DNA of 64,000 nucleotides from an uncultured Candidatus Rokubacteria bacterium. GTDB taxonomy: Bacteria; Methylomirabilota; Methylomirabilia; Rokubacteriales; DASRDR01. Position numbers and translations under genes: made by a program. The notes beneath the pieces were generated by a model. The model saw only the letters and a list, made by a program, of their open reading frames with translations, did not search any database and was not told the origin of the DNA. Below are positions 8,179 through 20,936 of the stretch, one piece after another (positions within the stretch are counted from its first letter, which is position 1; each line of letters starts with the position of its first letter). The DNA is taken from assembly GCA_963826115.1 (NCBI GenBank), contig CAWGVS010000005.1:576001-640000 (forward strand), written 5' to 3'.

Positions 8179-10086
8179 GTGCGCCTAGCGGGCCGGCCGC
8201 TGCTGCGGCCCCGGTTTCTCATCTTCGTCGTCCTGCTCTGGAGCCTCGTCACGTTCCTGCCCGCCGTCCTGAACGACTTCGTGAACTGGGACGACTTCCG
8301 GATGTTCCTCGACAACCCGGCGCACCGGGGGACCTGGGAGGACCGGCTCCGCGGCGCGTGGGCGTCCCACCGTCTCGGTGAGTACATGCCGGTCACGTGG
8401 ATGACCTACGCGGTCGACCGGTCGTTCTGGGGCGACAGCCCGGCCGGCTACCACTTCAGCAGTGTCCTCCTCCACGCCGCCACCACGCTGGCGGTGATGG
8501 CGCTGGCCTTCCGCCTTCTGCGCCACGTGCACGGCGACGAGCTGGGAGACGACGACCGCTGGAGCCTGTGGCTCGGGGCGACGGTGGCGGCGCTCGTGTT
8601 CGCCGTGCACCCGCTCCGCGTCGAGCCGGTCACCTGGGTGAGCGCTCGGGGAACGGTCCTGGGCGGGCTCTTTCTCGTCCTCTCGGTCCTCGCCTACGTC
8701 GCGGGCTGGGAGCGCGGGCGCGGATCGGGGCGGATCCCGCCCCTGTGGCTCGTCGGGTCGCTCACGTTCTTTGCCCTGTCGCTGCTCGCCCGGGCCACCG
8801 GGCTCGTGCTCCCGCTCGTCCTGCTGGTGCTCGACGTCTACCCGCTCCGGCGCGTCGGGGGCCGGCCGAGCACCTGGTTCGGGCCTGCCGCGCGCGCGGT
8901 CTGGACCGAGAAGCTCGGATTCGGGTTGCTCGGGCTCCTCACCATCCCGATGGCGTACCTCGCCCGCGGGGAGGAGGTCGGGGACTTCTGGCGCGGCGGC
9001 TACGATCCAGCCGTCGCGGTCACCTGGGGCGTCTACAGTCTCGGCTTTTACGTCTGGAAGACTTTGCTGCCGGGGAACCTGAGCCCCGTGTACCCGATGC
9101 CGGAGGGCCAGGCGTTGATGGTGGCGCCCGTGTTGGTGAGCCTCGCCCTCGTGGCGGGCGTGACCGCGGGCGTGATCGCGCTCCGACGGAAGTGGGCGGG
9201 ACCGCTCGCGGCGTGGATCGTCTACATCATCCTGATCACGCCGCTCTCGGGGATCCTGCCGTTCGGCCGGCTCCGCGGGGTGGCGGACCGGTACTCCTAC
9301 CTCGCCTGCATCGGGGGCGCGATCGTGGCGGGCGGCGCGGCGACCATCGGCTGGCGCCGGTTCCGGAACGGCGACCTGCGCCGTCGGTGGGCGGCCGTCG
9401 TCGCGATCGGGGCCGTGAGCATCCTCGTCGCCTGGAGCGTGCTCAGCTGGTACCAGACCAAAGTGTGGCGCAACGGCCTCACCCTCTGGGGATGGGCCGA
9501 GGAGATCCACGGCAACTCGCCCGTCGTCCACAACAACCTCGGCTGGGCCTGGGCCCACACAGGGGAGTATCGGCGGGCGGAGATTCACGCCCGGCGCGCG
9601 GCCGAGGTGCTCCCGAACAGCGCGACCGTGCTCCAGACGCTCGGCCGGATCCTCGCCGCGCAGGGGCGTCTCGAGGAGTCGGTCGAGATTCTTCTCCGGG
9701 CGGTCGAGGTGTCGCCGCGCTGGCCGGAGGGCCACATCGGGCTCGGGTCCGTCCTCTACGAGAGCGGCGACGTCCCCCGTGCCGTGAAGGAGCTCGAGCG
9801 AGCGGTGGAGCTCGACCCGGGTGACGGGCGCGCGCACTACTACCTGGGCCGGGTCCTCCTCAACGAGGGGCGCCGCGACAAAGCCGAGACGCATCTCCGC
9901 CGGGCGATGGAGATCCACCGCGGGGTGCTCGGGCCGGCGCCGATCGAGGAGATCATGAAGAAGGCACCGGTGACGGGCTCGGTCTTCCTGCCGGAGCCCA
10001 CATCGGGAGGCTTCCGCCCGCGGCGCCGCCGGGGCCCGCCCGGTCGCCGGTCGGGCGGGCCCCGCTCGGGCGAGCCGACCGCGTGA
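8179..10086 (+). CDS. TMTC-like GT-C membrane glycosyltransferase with C-terminal TPRs
   Basis: FVNWDD, multiple TM helices, FAVHPLRVEPVTWVSAR, ADRYSYL, QTKVWRN, TPR repeats. Confidence 0.85.
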   Translation: MRLAGRPLLRPRFLIFVVLLWSLVTFLPAVLNDFVNWDDFRMFLDNPAHRGTWEDRLRGAWASHRLGEYMPVTWMTYAVDRSFWGDSPAGYHFSSVLLHAATTLAVMALAFRLLRHVHGDELGDDDRWSLWLGATVAALVFAVHPLRVEPVTWVSARGTVLGGLFLVLSVLAYVAGWERGRGSGRIPPLWLVGSLTFFALSLLARATGLVLPLVLLVLDVYPLRRVGGRPSTWFGPAARAVWTEKLGFGLLGLLTIPMAYLARGEEVGDFWRGGYDPAVAVTWGVYSLGFYVWKTLLPGNLSPVYPMPEGQALMVAPVLVSLALVAGVTAGVIALRRKWAGPLAAWIVYIILITPLSGILPFGRLRGVADRYSYLACIGGAIVAGGAATIGWRRFRNGDLRRRWAAVVAIGAVSILVAWSVLSWYQTKVWRNGLTLWGWAEEIHGNSPVVHNNLGWAWAHTGEYRRAEIHARRAAEVLPNSATVLQTLGRILAAQGRLEESVEILLRAVEVSPRWPEGHIGLGSVLYESGDVPRAVKELERAVELDPGDGRAHYYLGRVLLNEGRRDKAETHLRRAMEIHRGVLGPAPIEEIMKKAPVTGSVFLPEPTSGGFRPRRRRGPPGRRSGGPRSGEPTA

Positions 10087-10268
10087 CGCCCGATTCTCCG
10101 GCGCGGCGCCCCAGTACCCGGGGGGCGGCGCGCCTCTGGCCGCGGGAGCGGCGCGAGGCCGAGGCCAGGGAGCACCGCCGGCGGGCGAACGCGATCGACG
10201 CGGAGCGATCCCAGGGACTGAACCTCTCGGTCCCCGGGCCGGGCGCCGACGTGCCGGGCGGTTCCTGA
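9991..10268 (+). pseudogene. Degenerate duplicate of the last two TPR repeats
   Basis: Colinear DNA similarity to 9724-9918 (ccggag..ccacatcggg; gctcg.gcgagc; gcgc..c.a.tacc.ggg); RREAEAREHRRRANAID resembles RRDKAETHLRRAMEIH. Confidence 0.45.
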
Positions 10269-10274
10269 TACACT
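10266..10274 (+). promoter_or_regulatory. Extended -10 promoter candidate (TGaTACACT)
   Basis: TGn-TAnnnT about 60 nt upstream of ATG 10336. Confidence 0.5.
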
Positions 10275-10335
10275 ACGCGCGCACGCCGCGGCGGCGCGGC
10301 AGTCGATGACCGGCCGTTCTCCGGAGGATCCCCAG

Positions 10336-12012
10336 ATGCCGCTCATGTCCGGCAAGCGCGCCTTCCTGGACGTTCTCAGGCAGGAGGGCGTCGAGTACCT
10401 GTTCGGGAACCCGGGCACCACCGAGCTCCCGCTGATGGACGGTCTCGCCGAGGAGCCCTCGCTCACCTACGTCCTGGCGCTCCAGGAGGCCGCGGTCGTC
10501 GCGATGGCCGACGGCTACGCTCAGGCTTCCGGCAAGCTCGGCGTGGTCAGCGTCCACGTGGCGCCCGGGCTGGGGAACGCGCTCGGGATGCTCTACGACG
10601 CGCAGAAGGCGGGCGCGCCGCTCCTCGTCACCGCCGGGCAGCACGACCAGACGTTCAACGTCACCGAGCCGATCCTCTGGGCCGATCTCCCGCCGATCGC
10701 GCGGCCGTTCGTGAAGTGGTCGGCGGAGGTCAGACGCCTCGACGATCTGCCGAGGCTCGTCCACCGCGCGGCGAAGACCGCGCTCGCGCCGCCCGCGGGC
10801 CCGGTCTTCCTGTCGCTGCCGGCCGACGTGCTCCAGGCGGAGGGCGTGGTCGAGTTGGGCGCGCCGACCCGTGTCGCCCCGCGGATCCGCGGCGATCGCG
10901 ACGCGGTGGAGGCCGCCGCCGAGCTTCTCGCGCGCGCCTCGCGCCCCCTGATCCTGGCGGGCGACGCGGTCGCCCAGAGCGACGCGCACGCCGAGCTCGT
11001 CGCGGTCGCCGAGGCGCTCGGCGCCCCGGTCTACGCGGAGGGCGTCGCGAACACGGCGTCGTTCCCGACGTCCCATCCGCTGTTCCGCGGCGCGTTCGCC
11101 CGCCTGGCGCCCGCGGTCCGCCAGGTGCTGTCGGAGGCCGACGTCCTCTTTTCGGTGGGCGGAGACCTCCTGACCCTCTCGCTCCCGTCCGACATCGACC
11201 CGATGCCGCCGGGCCTCGATGTGATCCACCTCGACACCGACCCCTGGGAGCTCGGAAAGAACTACCCGACCGGCGTGGCGATCCTGGGGGACCCGAAGGC
11301 GACGCTCCCCGACCTCCTCCAGGCGCTCGAGGCGCGGATGACGCCGGCGCGCCGGCGGCAGGCGCGGGAGCGGCTCGAGGCGACGCGCGCGGCCCGGTCG
11401 GTCCAGCTCGAGGAGCTCCGGTCGCGGGCGCGGGCCGAGGCGCAGCGGACCCCGATGACGTCGCTGGCCGCGATCGCCGCGGTGGCCGACGCGCTGCCGC
11501 CGGAGGCGGTCGTGGTGGACGAGTCGATCTCGTCGGGCGGCGGCCTGCGGCTGCTCGTGCGCAGCGATGACCCCCGGAGCTTCTACGGCCTTCGCGGCGG
11601 CGGGATCGGCTGGGGGCTTCCGGCGACGATCGGCGTGAAGCTCGCGCTTCCCCACCGGCCGGTGGTCGGGCTGATCGGCGACGGGAGCGCGATGTACACG
11701 TGCCAGGCGCTCTGGACGGCGGCGCGCTACCGGCTCGGCGCCGTGTTCGTCATCCTGAACAACTCCTCCTACCGCATCCTCAAGCAGCGGACCCATGCCA
11801 TGAAGGGGTTCTCCTACCAGGCCGACCGCTACGTCGCCATGGACCTCGACGACCCGCGGGTCGACTTCGTGCGGCTGGCCGGGTCGCTCGGCGTCCGGGC
11901 GGAGCGCGTCGAGAAGGCCGGCGACATCGCGCCGGCGCTGGAGCGCGCGCTCCGGGAGACGGGGCCCACGCTCCTCGACGTCGAGCTCGACCGGAGCTTC
12001 AAGCCCGCGTGA
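10336..12012 (+). CDS. ThDP-dependent decarboxylase, benzoylformate decarboxylase (MdlC)-like
   Basis: FGNPGTTELP, LQEAAVVAMADGYAQ, SVHVAPGLGN, GGGIGWG, GDGSAMY...NNSSY; GGAGGA RBS. Confidence 0.85.
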   Translation: MPLMSGKRAFLDVLRQEGVEYLFGNPGTTELPLMDGLAEEPSLTYVLALQEAAVVAMADGYAQASGKLGVVSVHVAPGLGNALGMLYDAQKAGAPLLVTAGQHDQTFNVTEPILWADLPPIARPFVKWSAEVRRLDDLPRLVHRAAKTALAPPAGPVFLSLPADVLQAEGVVELGAPTRVAPRIRGDRDAVEAAAELLARASRPLILAGDAVAQSDAHAELVAVAEALGAPVYAEGVANTASFPTSHPLFRGAFARLAPAVRQVLSEADVLFSVGGDLLTLSLPSDIDPMPPGLDVIHLDTDPWELGKNYPTGVAILGDPKATLPDLLQALEARMTPARRRQARERLEATRAARSVQLEELRSRARAEAQRTPMTSLAAIAAVADALPPEAVVVDESISSGGGLRLLVRSDDPRSFYGLRGGGIGWGLPATIGVKLALPHRPVVGLIGDGSAMYTCQALWTAARYRLGAVFVILNNSSYRILKQRTHAMKGFSYQADRYVAMDLDDPRVDFVRLAGSLGVRAERVEKAGDIAPALERALRETGPTLLDVELDRSFKPA

Positions 12013-12034
12013 GGCGGGGGAGCCGGAGCGCGCC

Positions 12035-13243
12035 ATGAGGATCGCGTACTTCGACTGTCCGTCGGGCGCGAGCGGCGACATGATCCTGGGGGCGCTCGTC
12101 GACGCGGGGTGCGCGGTCGAGCGGCTCGAGGCCGCGCTCGGGAGCCTCGGCGCCCCGGGCTGGCGGCTCGAGGCCCGCGGCGTCGACCGCGGCGGGCTCC
12201 GCGGCACGCACCTCGTCGTCCGCATCGAGCCGGGCCGCCGGTTTCACTCCCTCGCCGACATGCTCCGGCCCATCGAGCGCTCGGCGCTGGCGGACGGCGT
12301 GAAGGAGCGCGCGACGGCGGTGCTCCGGCGGCTGGCCGAGGCCGAGGCCCGGGTCCACCGGGTCCCCGTCGATGCCGTCCACTTTCACGAGGTGGGGGAC
12401 CTTGACACCCTCGTGGACGTCGTGGGATCGGTGGCGGCGCTCGACGCCCTCGGGATCGAGCGTGTCCACGTCTCGCCCTTGCCGATCGGGGGCGGGACCG
12501 TCGAGACCGCCCACGGGCGCCTGCCGGTGCCCGCGCCGGCGACCGCCGAGCTCCTGCGCGGGTTCCCGGTCTACGACAACGGGATCGCGTCGGAGCTGCT
12601 GACGCCCACGGGCGCCGCGATCCTGACGACGCTCGGAACGCCGGCGCGCCTCCCCGCGATGACGCTGGAGCGCATCGGGTGCGGCGCGGGCACCCGGGAG
12701 CTCCCGGTCCCGAACCTCCTCCGCGTGCTGGTCGGGGAGGCGGGAGCCGCCGAGGCGGAGCTCGCGGAGGTCGAGACGCTGGTGAGCGTCGAGACGACGA
12801 TCGACGACATGTCGCCACAGCTCTACGAGCCCTTGATCGAGCGGCTCCTCGGAGCCGGGGCGCTCGACGTGTACCTGAGCCCCGTCGTCATGAAGCGGAG
12901 CCGGCCCGGCACGGTGCTCTCGGCGCTGGCGCCGCCGGAGCTCGCCGACCGGCTCGCCGAGGTGCTGTTCCGCGAGACGACCACCATCGGCGTGCGCTGG
13001 AGCGAGGTGCGCCGCCGCCGGCTGCCGCGGGAGCTCCGGCGCCTGCCGACCACGTTCGGGCCCGTCACCTTCAAGGTCTCGACGCTCGGCGGCCGGGTCG
13101 TCACGGTGACGCCGGAGTTCGAGGAGGTTCGTCGCATCGCCGACGTCGACGGGCGCCCCGTGCGCGAGGTGCTGGAGGCCGTGCGCCGGGACGGGCTGCG
13201 GGCGCTCGAGGCGGACGCGGCGCGGGACGCGCGAAGCAACTGA
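12035..13243 (+). CDS. larC: Nickel-inserting cyclometallase LarC (single fused ORF)
   Basis: AYFDCPSGASGDM, VHFHEVG, HGRLPVPAPAT, ELLTPTGAA, ETTIDD, MKRSRPG, ETTTIGVR, PEFEE. Confidence 0.95.
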   Translation: MRIAYFDCPSGASGDMILGALVDAGCAVERLEAALGSLGAPGWRLEARGVDRGGLRGTHLVVRIEPGRRFHSLADMLRPIERSALADGVKERATAVLRRLAEAEARVHRVPVDAVHFHEVGDLDTLVDVVGSVAALDALGIERVHVSPLPIGGGTVETAHGRLPVPAPATAELLRGFPVYDNGIASELLTPTGAAILTTLGTPARLPAMTLERIGCGAGTRELPVPNLLRVLVGEAGAAEAELAEVETLVSVETTIDDMSPQLYEPLIERLLGAGALDVYLSPVVMKRSRPGTVLSALAPPELADRLAEVLFRETTTIGVRWSEVRRRRLPRELRRLPTTFGPVTFKVSTLGGRVVTVTPEFEEVRRIADVDGRPVREVLEAVRRDGLRALEADAARDARSN

Positions 13244-13285
13244 ACCCGCCCGCCCTGGCGGCGGGCTCACGGGAGGACGCGACGG

Positions 13286-13543
13286 ATGATGCAAGTTCCC
13301 GGGATGGCGGTGCCGGTCTTCATGGTGGTGAACGTGGGCCTCCTGATGGCGTTCCTCGGCGGAGGCCTGCTGCTCCTCGTCGCCCTGTGGTGGGCGGCGA
13401 AGGGCGACGGGGTCGAGATCCCGCGACCGCACTGGCCGGCCGCCGCACGGTTCGGCGCGATGGCGGGATGGCTGCTCTGGGGCGGCGGTCTCCTGGTCCA
13501 GCTGCTCGGCCAGTTCGGGATGGTGGGCGTGGCCCGATGGTGA
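13286..13543 (+). CDS. Small membrane protein (2 TM)
   Basis: GGGAGG RBS, two hydrophobic helices, fills the larC-coxG gap. Confidence 0.6.
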   Translation: MMQVPGMAVPVFMVVNVGLLMAFLGGGLLLLVALWWAAKGDGVEIPRPHWPAAARFGAMAGWLLWGGGLLVQLLGQFGMVGVARW

Positions 13544-13547
13544 CATC

Positions 13548-13577
13548 TTGACAGTCTCGCGGGGGCGGCGGTACGGT
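13548..13577 (+). promoter_or_regulatory. sigma70 promoter for coxGSLM
   Basis: TTGACA-18 nt-TACGGT. Confidence 0.55.
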
Positions 13578-13602
13578 ACGTAGCCTCGTGGCCGGTTGAC
13601 CC

Positions 13603-14052
13603 ATGACCCTCGACGGAAGCCATCATTTCAAGGCCCCTCGCGACCGCGTCTGGTCGCTGTTCACGGACCCGGGTGTGCTCGCGCGCGCCACGCCGGGCTG
13701 CGAGCGCCTGGACCCGATCGGGCCCGACGAGTTCGCCGCGACCCTGTCCGTCGGCGTGGCAGCCGTGAAGGGCACGTACCAGGGCAAGCTCGCGATCGTC
13801 GACAAGGTTCCGCCGGAGGGTTACACGCTCCGCGTCGAGGGGACCGGCCGCCCGGGCTTCGTCAAGGGCGAGGGCCGGCTCACCCTCACGGAGCAGGACG
13901 GCGGGACGCTCGTCAGCATCAAGGCGGAGGCCCAGGTCGGCGGGCTCATCGCCGCGGTCGGCCAGCGCCTGGTCGGCGCCGCGGGCCGCATGCTCATGTC
14001 GCAGTTCTTCTCGGCGCTGGAGGCGGAGCTGGACCGGGCCGCCACCGCGTGA
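13603..14052 (+). CDS. coxG: CoxG / SRPBCC family protein
   Basis: [28 protein letters not shown]; directly before coxS. Confidence 0.88.
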   Translation: MTLDGSHHFKAPRDRVWSLFTDPGVLARATPGCERLDPIGPDEFAATLSVGVAAVKGTYQGKLAIVDKVPPEGYTLRVEGTGRPGFVKGEGRLTLTEQDGGTLVSIKAEAQVGGLIAAVGQRLVGAAGRMLMSQFFSALEAELDRAATA

Positions 14053-14089
14053 TCGGCTCCACGCTCGCAACCCAATGGGGGGTCCCACG

Positions 14090-14551
<462 letters not shown>

Positions 14552-14570
14552 GGACGAGGGAGGCGCGGCC

Positions 14571-16925
<2,355 letters not shown>

Positions 16926-16946
16926 CCCCAGAGGGCGGAGGACGCC

Positions 16947-17819
16947 ATGTATCCTGCGAGCTTCGAGTACCACCGGGTGGCGACGGTCGAGGAGGCCGTG
17001 GGCCTCCTGACGCGCTACAAGGACGACGCCAAGGTCCTGGCCGGCGGGCACAGCCTCATTCCGATGATGAAGCTCCGCCTCGCCCAGCCGAAGCACCTGA
17101 TCGACATCGGGCGGGTCGGCGGCCTCTCGGGCATCAAGGAGGAGGGCGGCCAGTTCGTCCTCGGCGCGCTGACGACCCACTTCGCGGTCGAGTCCAGCGC
17201 GGCGGTCCGCCAGAAGTGCGCGATGCTCTCCGAGGCGGCGGCGCTCATCGGCGACCCGCAGGTCCGGAACTACGGCACCGTCGGCGGCAGCATCGCCCAC
17301 GCCGACCCGGCGGCGGACTGGCCGGCCGTGCTCCTCGCGCTCGGGGCCGAGGTGAAGGCGGTGGGCCCGAAGGGCGCGCGATCGATCAACATCGACGACT
17401 TCTTCAAGGACCTGTTCACGACGGCCCTCCACGCGGACGAGATTCTGACCGAGATCCGGATCCCCGCCGGCGGCCACGGCGGCGCCGCGTACATGAAGCA
17501 CCCGCACCCGGCCTCGCGCTTCGCCGTGTGCGGCGTGGCGGCGGCGGTCGCCGTGGACGGGGCCGGGAAGTGCACGGCCGCGCGCGTCGGCGTCACCGGG
17601 GTCGGCTCGCGCGCCGTCCGCGCCAAGGGGGTCGAGGCGCTGCTGGTCGGGCATGCCCTCGACGCCGCGACCATCGCGGCGGCGGCCCAGAAGGCGGCCG
17701 ACGGCATCGAGATCAACGCCGACCTCCAGGGCTCGGTCGAGTACAAGGCGCACCTGACGCGCGTGTACGCGCGCCGGGCGATCGAGAAGGCGGCCGAGCG
17801 GGCCAAGGGCGCGAAGTAG
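16947..17819 (+). CDS. coxM: Mo-hydroxylase FAD medium subunit (CoxM/CutM)
   Basis: LAGGHSLIPMMKLRLAQP, IGDPQVRNYGTVGGS, DPAAD. Confidence 0.95.
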   Translation: MYPASFEYHRVATVEEAVGLLTRYKDDAKVLAGGHSLIPMMKLRLAQPKHLIDIGRVGGLSGIKEEGGQFVLGALTTHFAVESSAAVRQKCAMLSEAAALIGDPQVRNYGTVGGSIAHADPAADWPAVLLALGAEVKAVGPKGARSINIDDFFKDLFTTALHADEILTEIRIPAGGHGGAAYMKHPHPASRFAVCGVAAAVAVDGAGKCTAARVGVTGVGSRAVRAKGVEALLVGHALDAATIAAAAQKAADGIEINADLQGSVEYKAHLTRVYARRAIEKAAERAKGAK

Positions 17820-17908
17820 GCCGGTTCACGCTGGACGTACCGGGCCCGGGCGCGCCTCTCCGCGGTGGCGCGTTCCGGGCCTTCGTGTGTCGCGGATCAT
17901 CGTTGCCG

Positions 17909-18022
17909 GTGATCGCGGCGATCATCTTCGCGGCCGGCGCGTCGACCCGGCCGTCCGGGCTGATCACCCCTGTCGCAGGGTTCGGGCCAAGCGGCCCACT
18001 CGCGCTCCGGTGGTCGGGCTGA
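17909..18022 (+). pseudogene. Truncated mocA 5' remnant
   Basis: First 14 codons VIAAIIFAAGASTR match mocA start VIAAIVLAAGASTR at 22855 (35/42 nt identical), then diverge. Confidence 0.7.
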
Positions 18023-18025
18023 CGC

Positions 18026-18913
18026 GTGAGGTCGGTCGATCGCCGCACGCATCGCGTCGGCGTCATCCTCGTCACCGCCGCGGTTCTCATCTGGAGCACG
18101 GCAGGCTTCTTCACGCGCCTCATCGCCGCCGACACGTGGACCCTCCTGTTCTGGCGCAGTGTGTTCGGCGCGCTGTTCCTCCTGATCGCCCTCGTCCGCC
18201 AGGAGGGGCGGGGCGCGCTCGGTGCGATCCGCGCCATGGGGTGGCCGGGGTGGTCGGTGGCGATCCTCTCGACCATCGTCATACTCACCTACATGGCTGC
18301 CCTGCGCCTCACCGCGGTGGCGGACGTGATGATCATCCAGGCCACCGTGCCGTTCGTGGTGGCGGGACTGGCCTGGCTCGCGATGCGAGAGCGTGCGCCT
18401 CGTCCGACCCTGGTGGCCAGCGCGCTCGCGACCATCGGCGTGGCGGTGATGCTCGCGGGAGCACCTCTGGCCGGCGACCCGTGGGGGGTGGCCATGGCGT
18501 TTGCCACGATGGTGGCCTACGCCGGGATACTGGTCCTGCTGCGATGGCATCGGAACGTACCGATGACGGCCGCGGCGTTCCTCGCGGCTCTGCTGGGCGC
18601 TGCGGTGACCTGGCCCTTCGCCCAGCCGATGGCCGTGAGCAGTGCGGATCTCTTCTACCTGACGGTGTTCGGCGCCACCCAGACGGGTCTGGCGTTCTTC
18701 CTTCTGACCAAGGGCTCCCGCCTGATCCCGGCCACGGAGACCGCCCTCATCAGCGTCCTGGAAACGCCTTTGGGGCCGGTCTGGGTGTGGCTCGCCTTCA
18801 ACGAGATGCCGACCACGGCCGCGCTGATCGGCGGCGTCATCGTGCTCGGCGCGGTCGTCGGGCACATCGTCGCCGAGAGCCGCTCCGTGCCGGCTCGGCT
18901 CGACGTTGCCTAG
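18026..18913 (+). CDS. DMT/EamA family transporter
   Basis: About 10 TM helices, WSTAGFFTR, LETPLGPVWVWL, two EamA halves. Confidence 0.9.
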   Translation: MRSVDRRTHRVGVILVTAAVLIWSTAGFFTRLIAADTWTLLFWRSVFGALFLLIALVRQEGRGALGAIRAMGWPGWSVAILSTIVILTYMAALRLTAVADVMIIQATVPFVVAGLAWLAMRERAPRPTLVASALATIGVAVMLAGAPLAGDPWGVAMAFATMVAYAGILVLLRWHRNVPMTAAAFLAALLGAAVTWPFAQPMAVSSADLFYLTVFGATQTGLAFFLLTKGSRLIPATETALISVLETPLGPVWVWLAFNEMPTTAALIGGVIVLGAVVGHIVAESRSVPARLDVA

Positions 18914-18974
18914 CGGCGCCGTGGTGCCGAACGGGGAGTCGATCCGGCGCCGGCGCGTCCCGGCGGGACCGTTC

Positions 18975-19004
18975 TTGACAGGCTCGCCACGCCCCGGCCA
19001 GAAT
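18975..19004 (+). promoter_or_regulatory. sigma70 promoter for ABC SBP
   Basis: TTGACA-18 nt-CAGAAT. Confidence 0.5.
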
Positions 19005-19144
19005 CCCCTCGGACAATGTCGTCCCGAGGTGTTGCCCATCCATCGGCTTCCGGCCGAAAAGACTGTCGCCCGCCCGAGAAGGGGAGTCGTCCCGACTCGC
19101 CGCTCGGCGCCATGCGTGTTCTCACCCCTGGCTGGAGGTGGTTC

Positions 19145-20872
19145 ATGACAAAGTGGCTCGGCAGAGTGTCGGGGATCGTCGGCCTCCTCGTCGCGGTGAC
19201 CCTGCTCTGGAGTCTCGCGTACGGTCCGCCGGCGTTCGAGACGTTCCTGCCGCTGATCGCGGCGCGGCCGGCGGATGCTCAGACCGCCGCGCCGAAGGCC
19301 GGCGAGCCCTTCTACCTGAAGGCCGTCGACCACGAGAAGGCCAAGCGCGGCGGCACGCTCAGGCTGGCGGCCCACGGCCCGCCGTCGATGTTCGACATCT
19401 ACGCGTCCGGGACGATCGCCAACGTCGGCGCCCAGGCGCCCATGTACGACCTCCTGGTGCGGCAGGACCCGCGTGACCCGAAGCTCCCGATCGTGCCGAG
19501 CCTGGCCACCAGCTGGACCATCTCGCCGGACGGGCTGACCTACACGTTCAACCTTCGGCGGGGCGTCAAGTTCCACGACGGGACGGACTTCTCGGCCGAA
19601 GACGTCAAGGCCACGTTCGACCGGATCGTCTTCCCCCCGTCTGGCCTGCTGAGTCTCCGGCTCCTTCCCATCAAGGAGACGGTGGTGAAGGACCGCTACA
19701 CCGTCGAGATGAAGCTCTCCGAGCCCAGGGACTCGTACACCTTCCTGGCCTCGCTCGCCGGCGGCTGGAACGTCATCACCAGCAAGAAGGCCCTCGACCA
19801 GCACAAGGGCGACCTGAAGCAGGTGGACAACTTCCCGGGCACGGGGCCCTTCATGTACAAGACCCGGACCACCGAGTCGTGGGAGCAGGTCCGGAACCCG
19901 AACTACTGGAACCCGAACGCGCCGTACGTCGACCGGATCGTCCACGTGTGGCTCAAGGCGTGGACGCCCGAGCTCGCCTCGGCGCTGCTCGGCGGGCAGG
20001 TGGACTGGGCGATGTGGCTCGACCCGAGCGCCTATCAGAAGGTGAAGGCCAGCAACAACATGTCCGGTCTGGTCTGGATGGCGCCGAACCTGGGCGCGTG
20101 GATCGGCTTCAACAACGAGCGCCCGCCGTTCAATGACAGCCGGGTCCGCCGCGCGCTCCACCTCGCCCTCGACCAGGACGCGCTCAGCAAGATCACCCAG
20201 CAGTTCGACGCGACCCAGCAGCTCGGCGACTACCTGCCGCCGCCGTACGGGAAGAGCTACGAGGAGCTGATCAAGGAGTATCCCAACGCGGCGTCCACCC
20301 GGGAGAAGGCCGTCGCGGACGCCAAGAAGCTCATGGCCGACGCGGGGTTCGCGAGTGGCATGCCGCAGACCTTCAACTTCGTGGTCCGGGAGTCCCCCCA
20401 GAACCGGCAGCTGGCGGCCTACGCCCAGGCCGAGTGGGAGCGGCTCCTCGGCGTGAAGACCAAGCTCGAGGTCGTGCAGGTCTCGGCGATGGTGGACCGC
20501 CAGGTGGCGGGGACGTTCGACATCATCTCCCACGCCACGTGCCTCGGCGGCGCCGACCTGAGCGCCACCATCCGGGCGTGCTTCGGCGTCAACAAGACCA
20601 CGGGCAAGAAGTCCGACAGCAACTTCACCAACTTCGGCAACGCCGAGTTCAACAAGATCCTCAATGAGTTCTCCTCGGAGCTGAACGACCAGAAGAAGGT
20701 CCAGCTCGGGCGGCAGCTGAACCAGATCCTCAACAACGAGATGCCCAACACCGGCGTGACCTACGGCGGCCGGGCGTACGGCTGGTACAACTACGTGAAG
20801 GGGCTGCCCCGGACCGGCGGCAACTCCGACTACAACACCTACCAGTGGGACACCGTCTGGATCGACAAGTAG
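19145..20872 (+). CDS. ABC substrate-binding protein, family 5 (Dpp/Opp/Nik)
   Basis: RGGTLR, PSLATSW, YTFNLRRGVKFHDG, GTGPF, PPFNDSRVRRAL; GGAGGT RBS. Confidence 0.92.
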   Translation: MTKWLGRVSGIVGLLVAVTLLWSLAYGPPAFETFLPLIAARPADAQTAAPKAGEPFYLKAVDHEKAKRGGTLRLAAHGPPSMFDIYASGTIANVGAQAPMYDLLVRQDPRDPKLPIVPSLATSWTISPDGLTYTFNLRRGVKFHDGTDFSAEDVKATFDRIVFPPSGLLSLRLLPIKETVVKDRYTVEMKLSEPRDSYTFLASLAGGWNVITSKKALDQHKGDLKQVDNFPGTGPFMYKTRTTESWEQVRNPNYWNPNAPYVDRIVHVWLKAWTPELASALLGGQVDWAMWLDPSAYQKVKASNNMSGLVWMAPNLGAWIGFNNERPPFNDSRVRRALHLALDQDALSKITQQFDATQQLGDYLPPPYGKSYEELIKEYPNAASTREKAVADAKKLMADAGFASGMPQTFNFVVRESPQNRQLAAYAQAEWERLLGVKTKLEVVQVSAMVDRQVAGTFDIISHATCLGGADLSATIRACFGVNKTTGKKSDSNFTNFGNAEFNKILNEFSSELNDQKKVQLGRQLNQILNNEMPNTGVTYGGRAYGWYNYVKGLPRTGGNSDYNTYQWDTVWIDK

Positions 20873-20878
20873 CCGCAT

Positions 20879-20908
20879 GCCGGGGTGGCGCGCAGGCGCC
20901 ACCCCGGC
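20879..20908 (+). terminator. Stem-loop between SBP and permease genes
   Basis: gccggggtggcgc-gcag-gcgccaccccggc, perfect 13-bp stem; no U tail (may be an mRNA-stabilising hairpin). Confidence 0.55.
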
Positions 20909-20936
20909 GCGTCCCTCCCTGTAGGGAGCGGTCACG

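Noticed and set aside
10083-10268. 61-aa ORF as an independent gene
   Set aside because: Better explained as part of the decayed TPR duplicate
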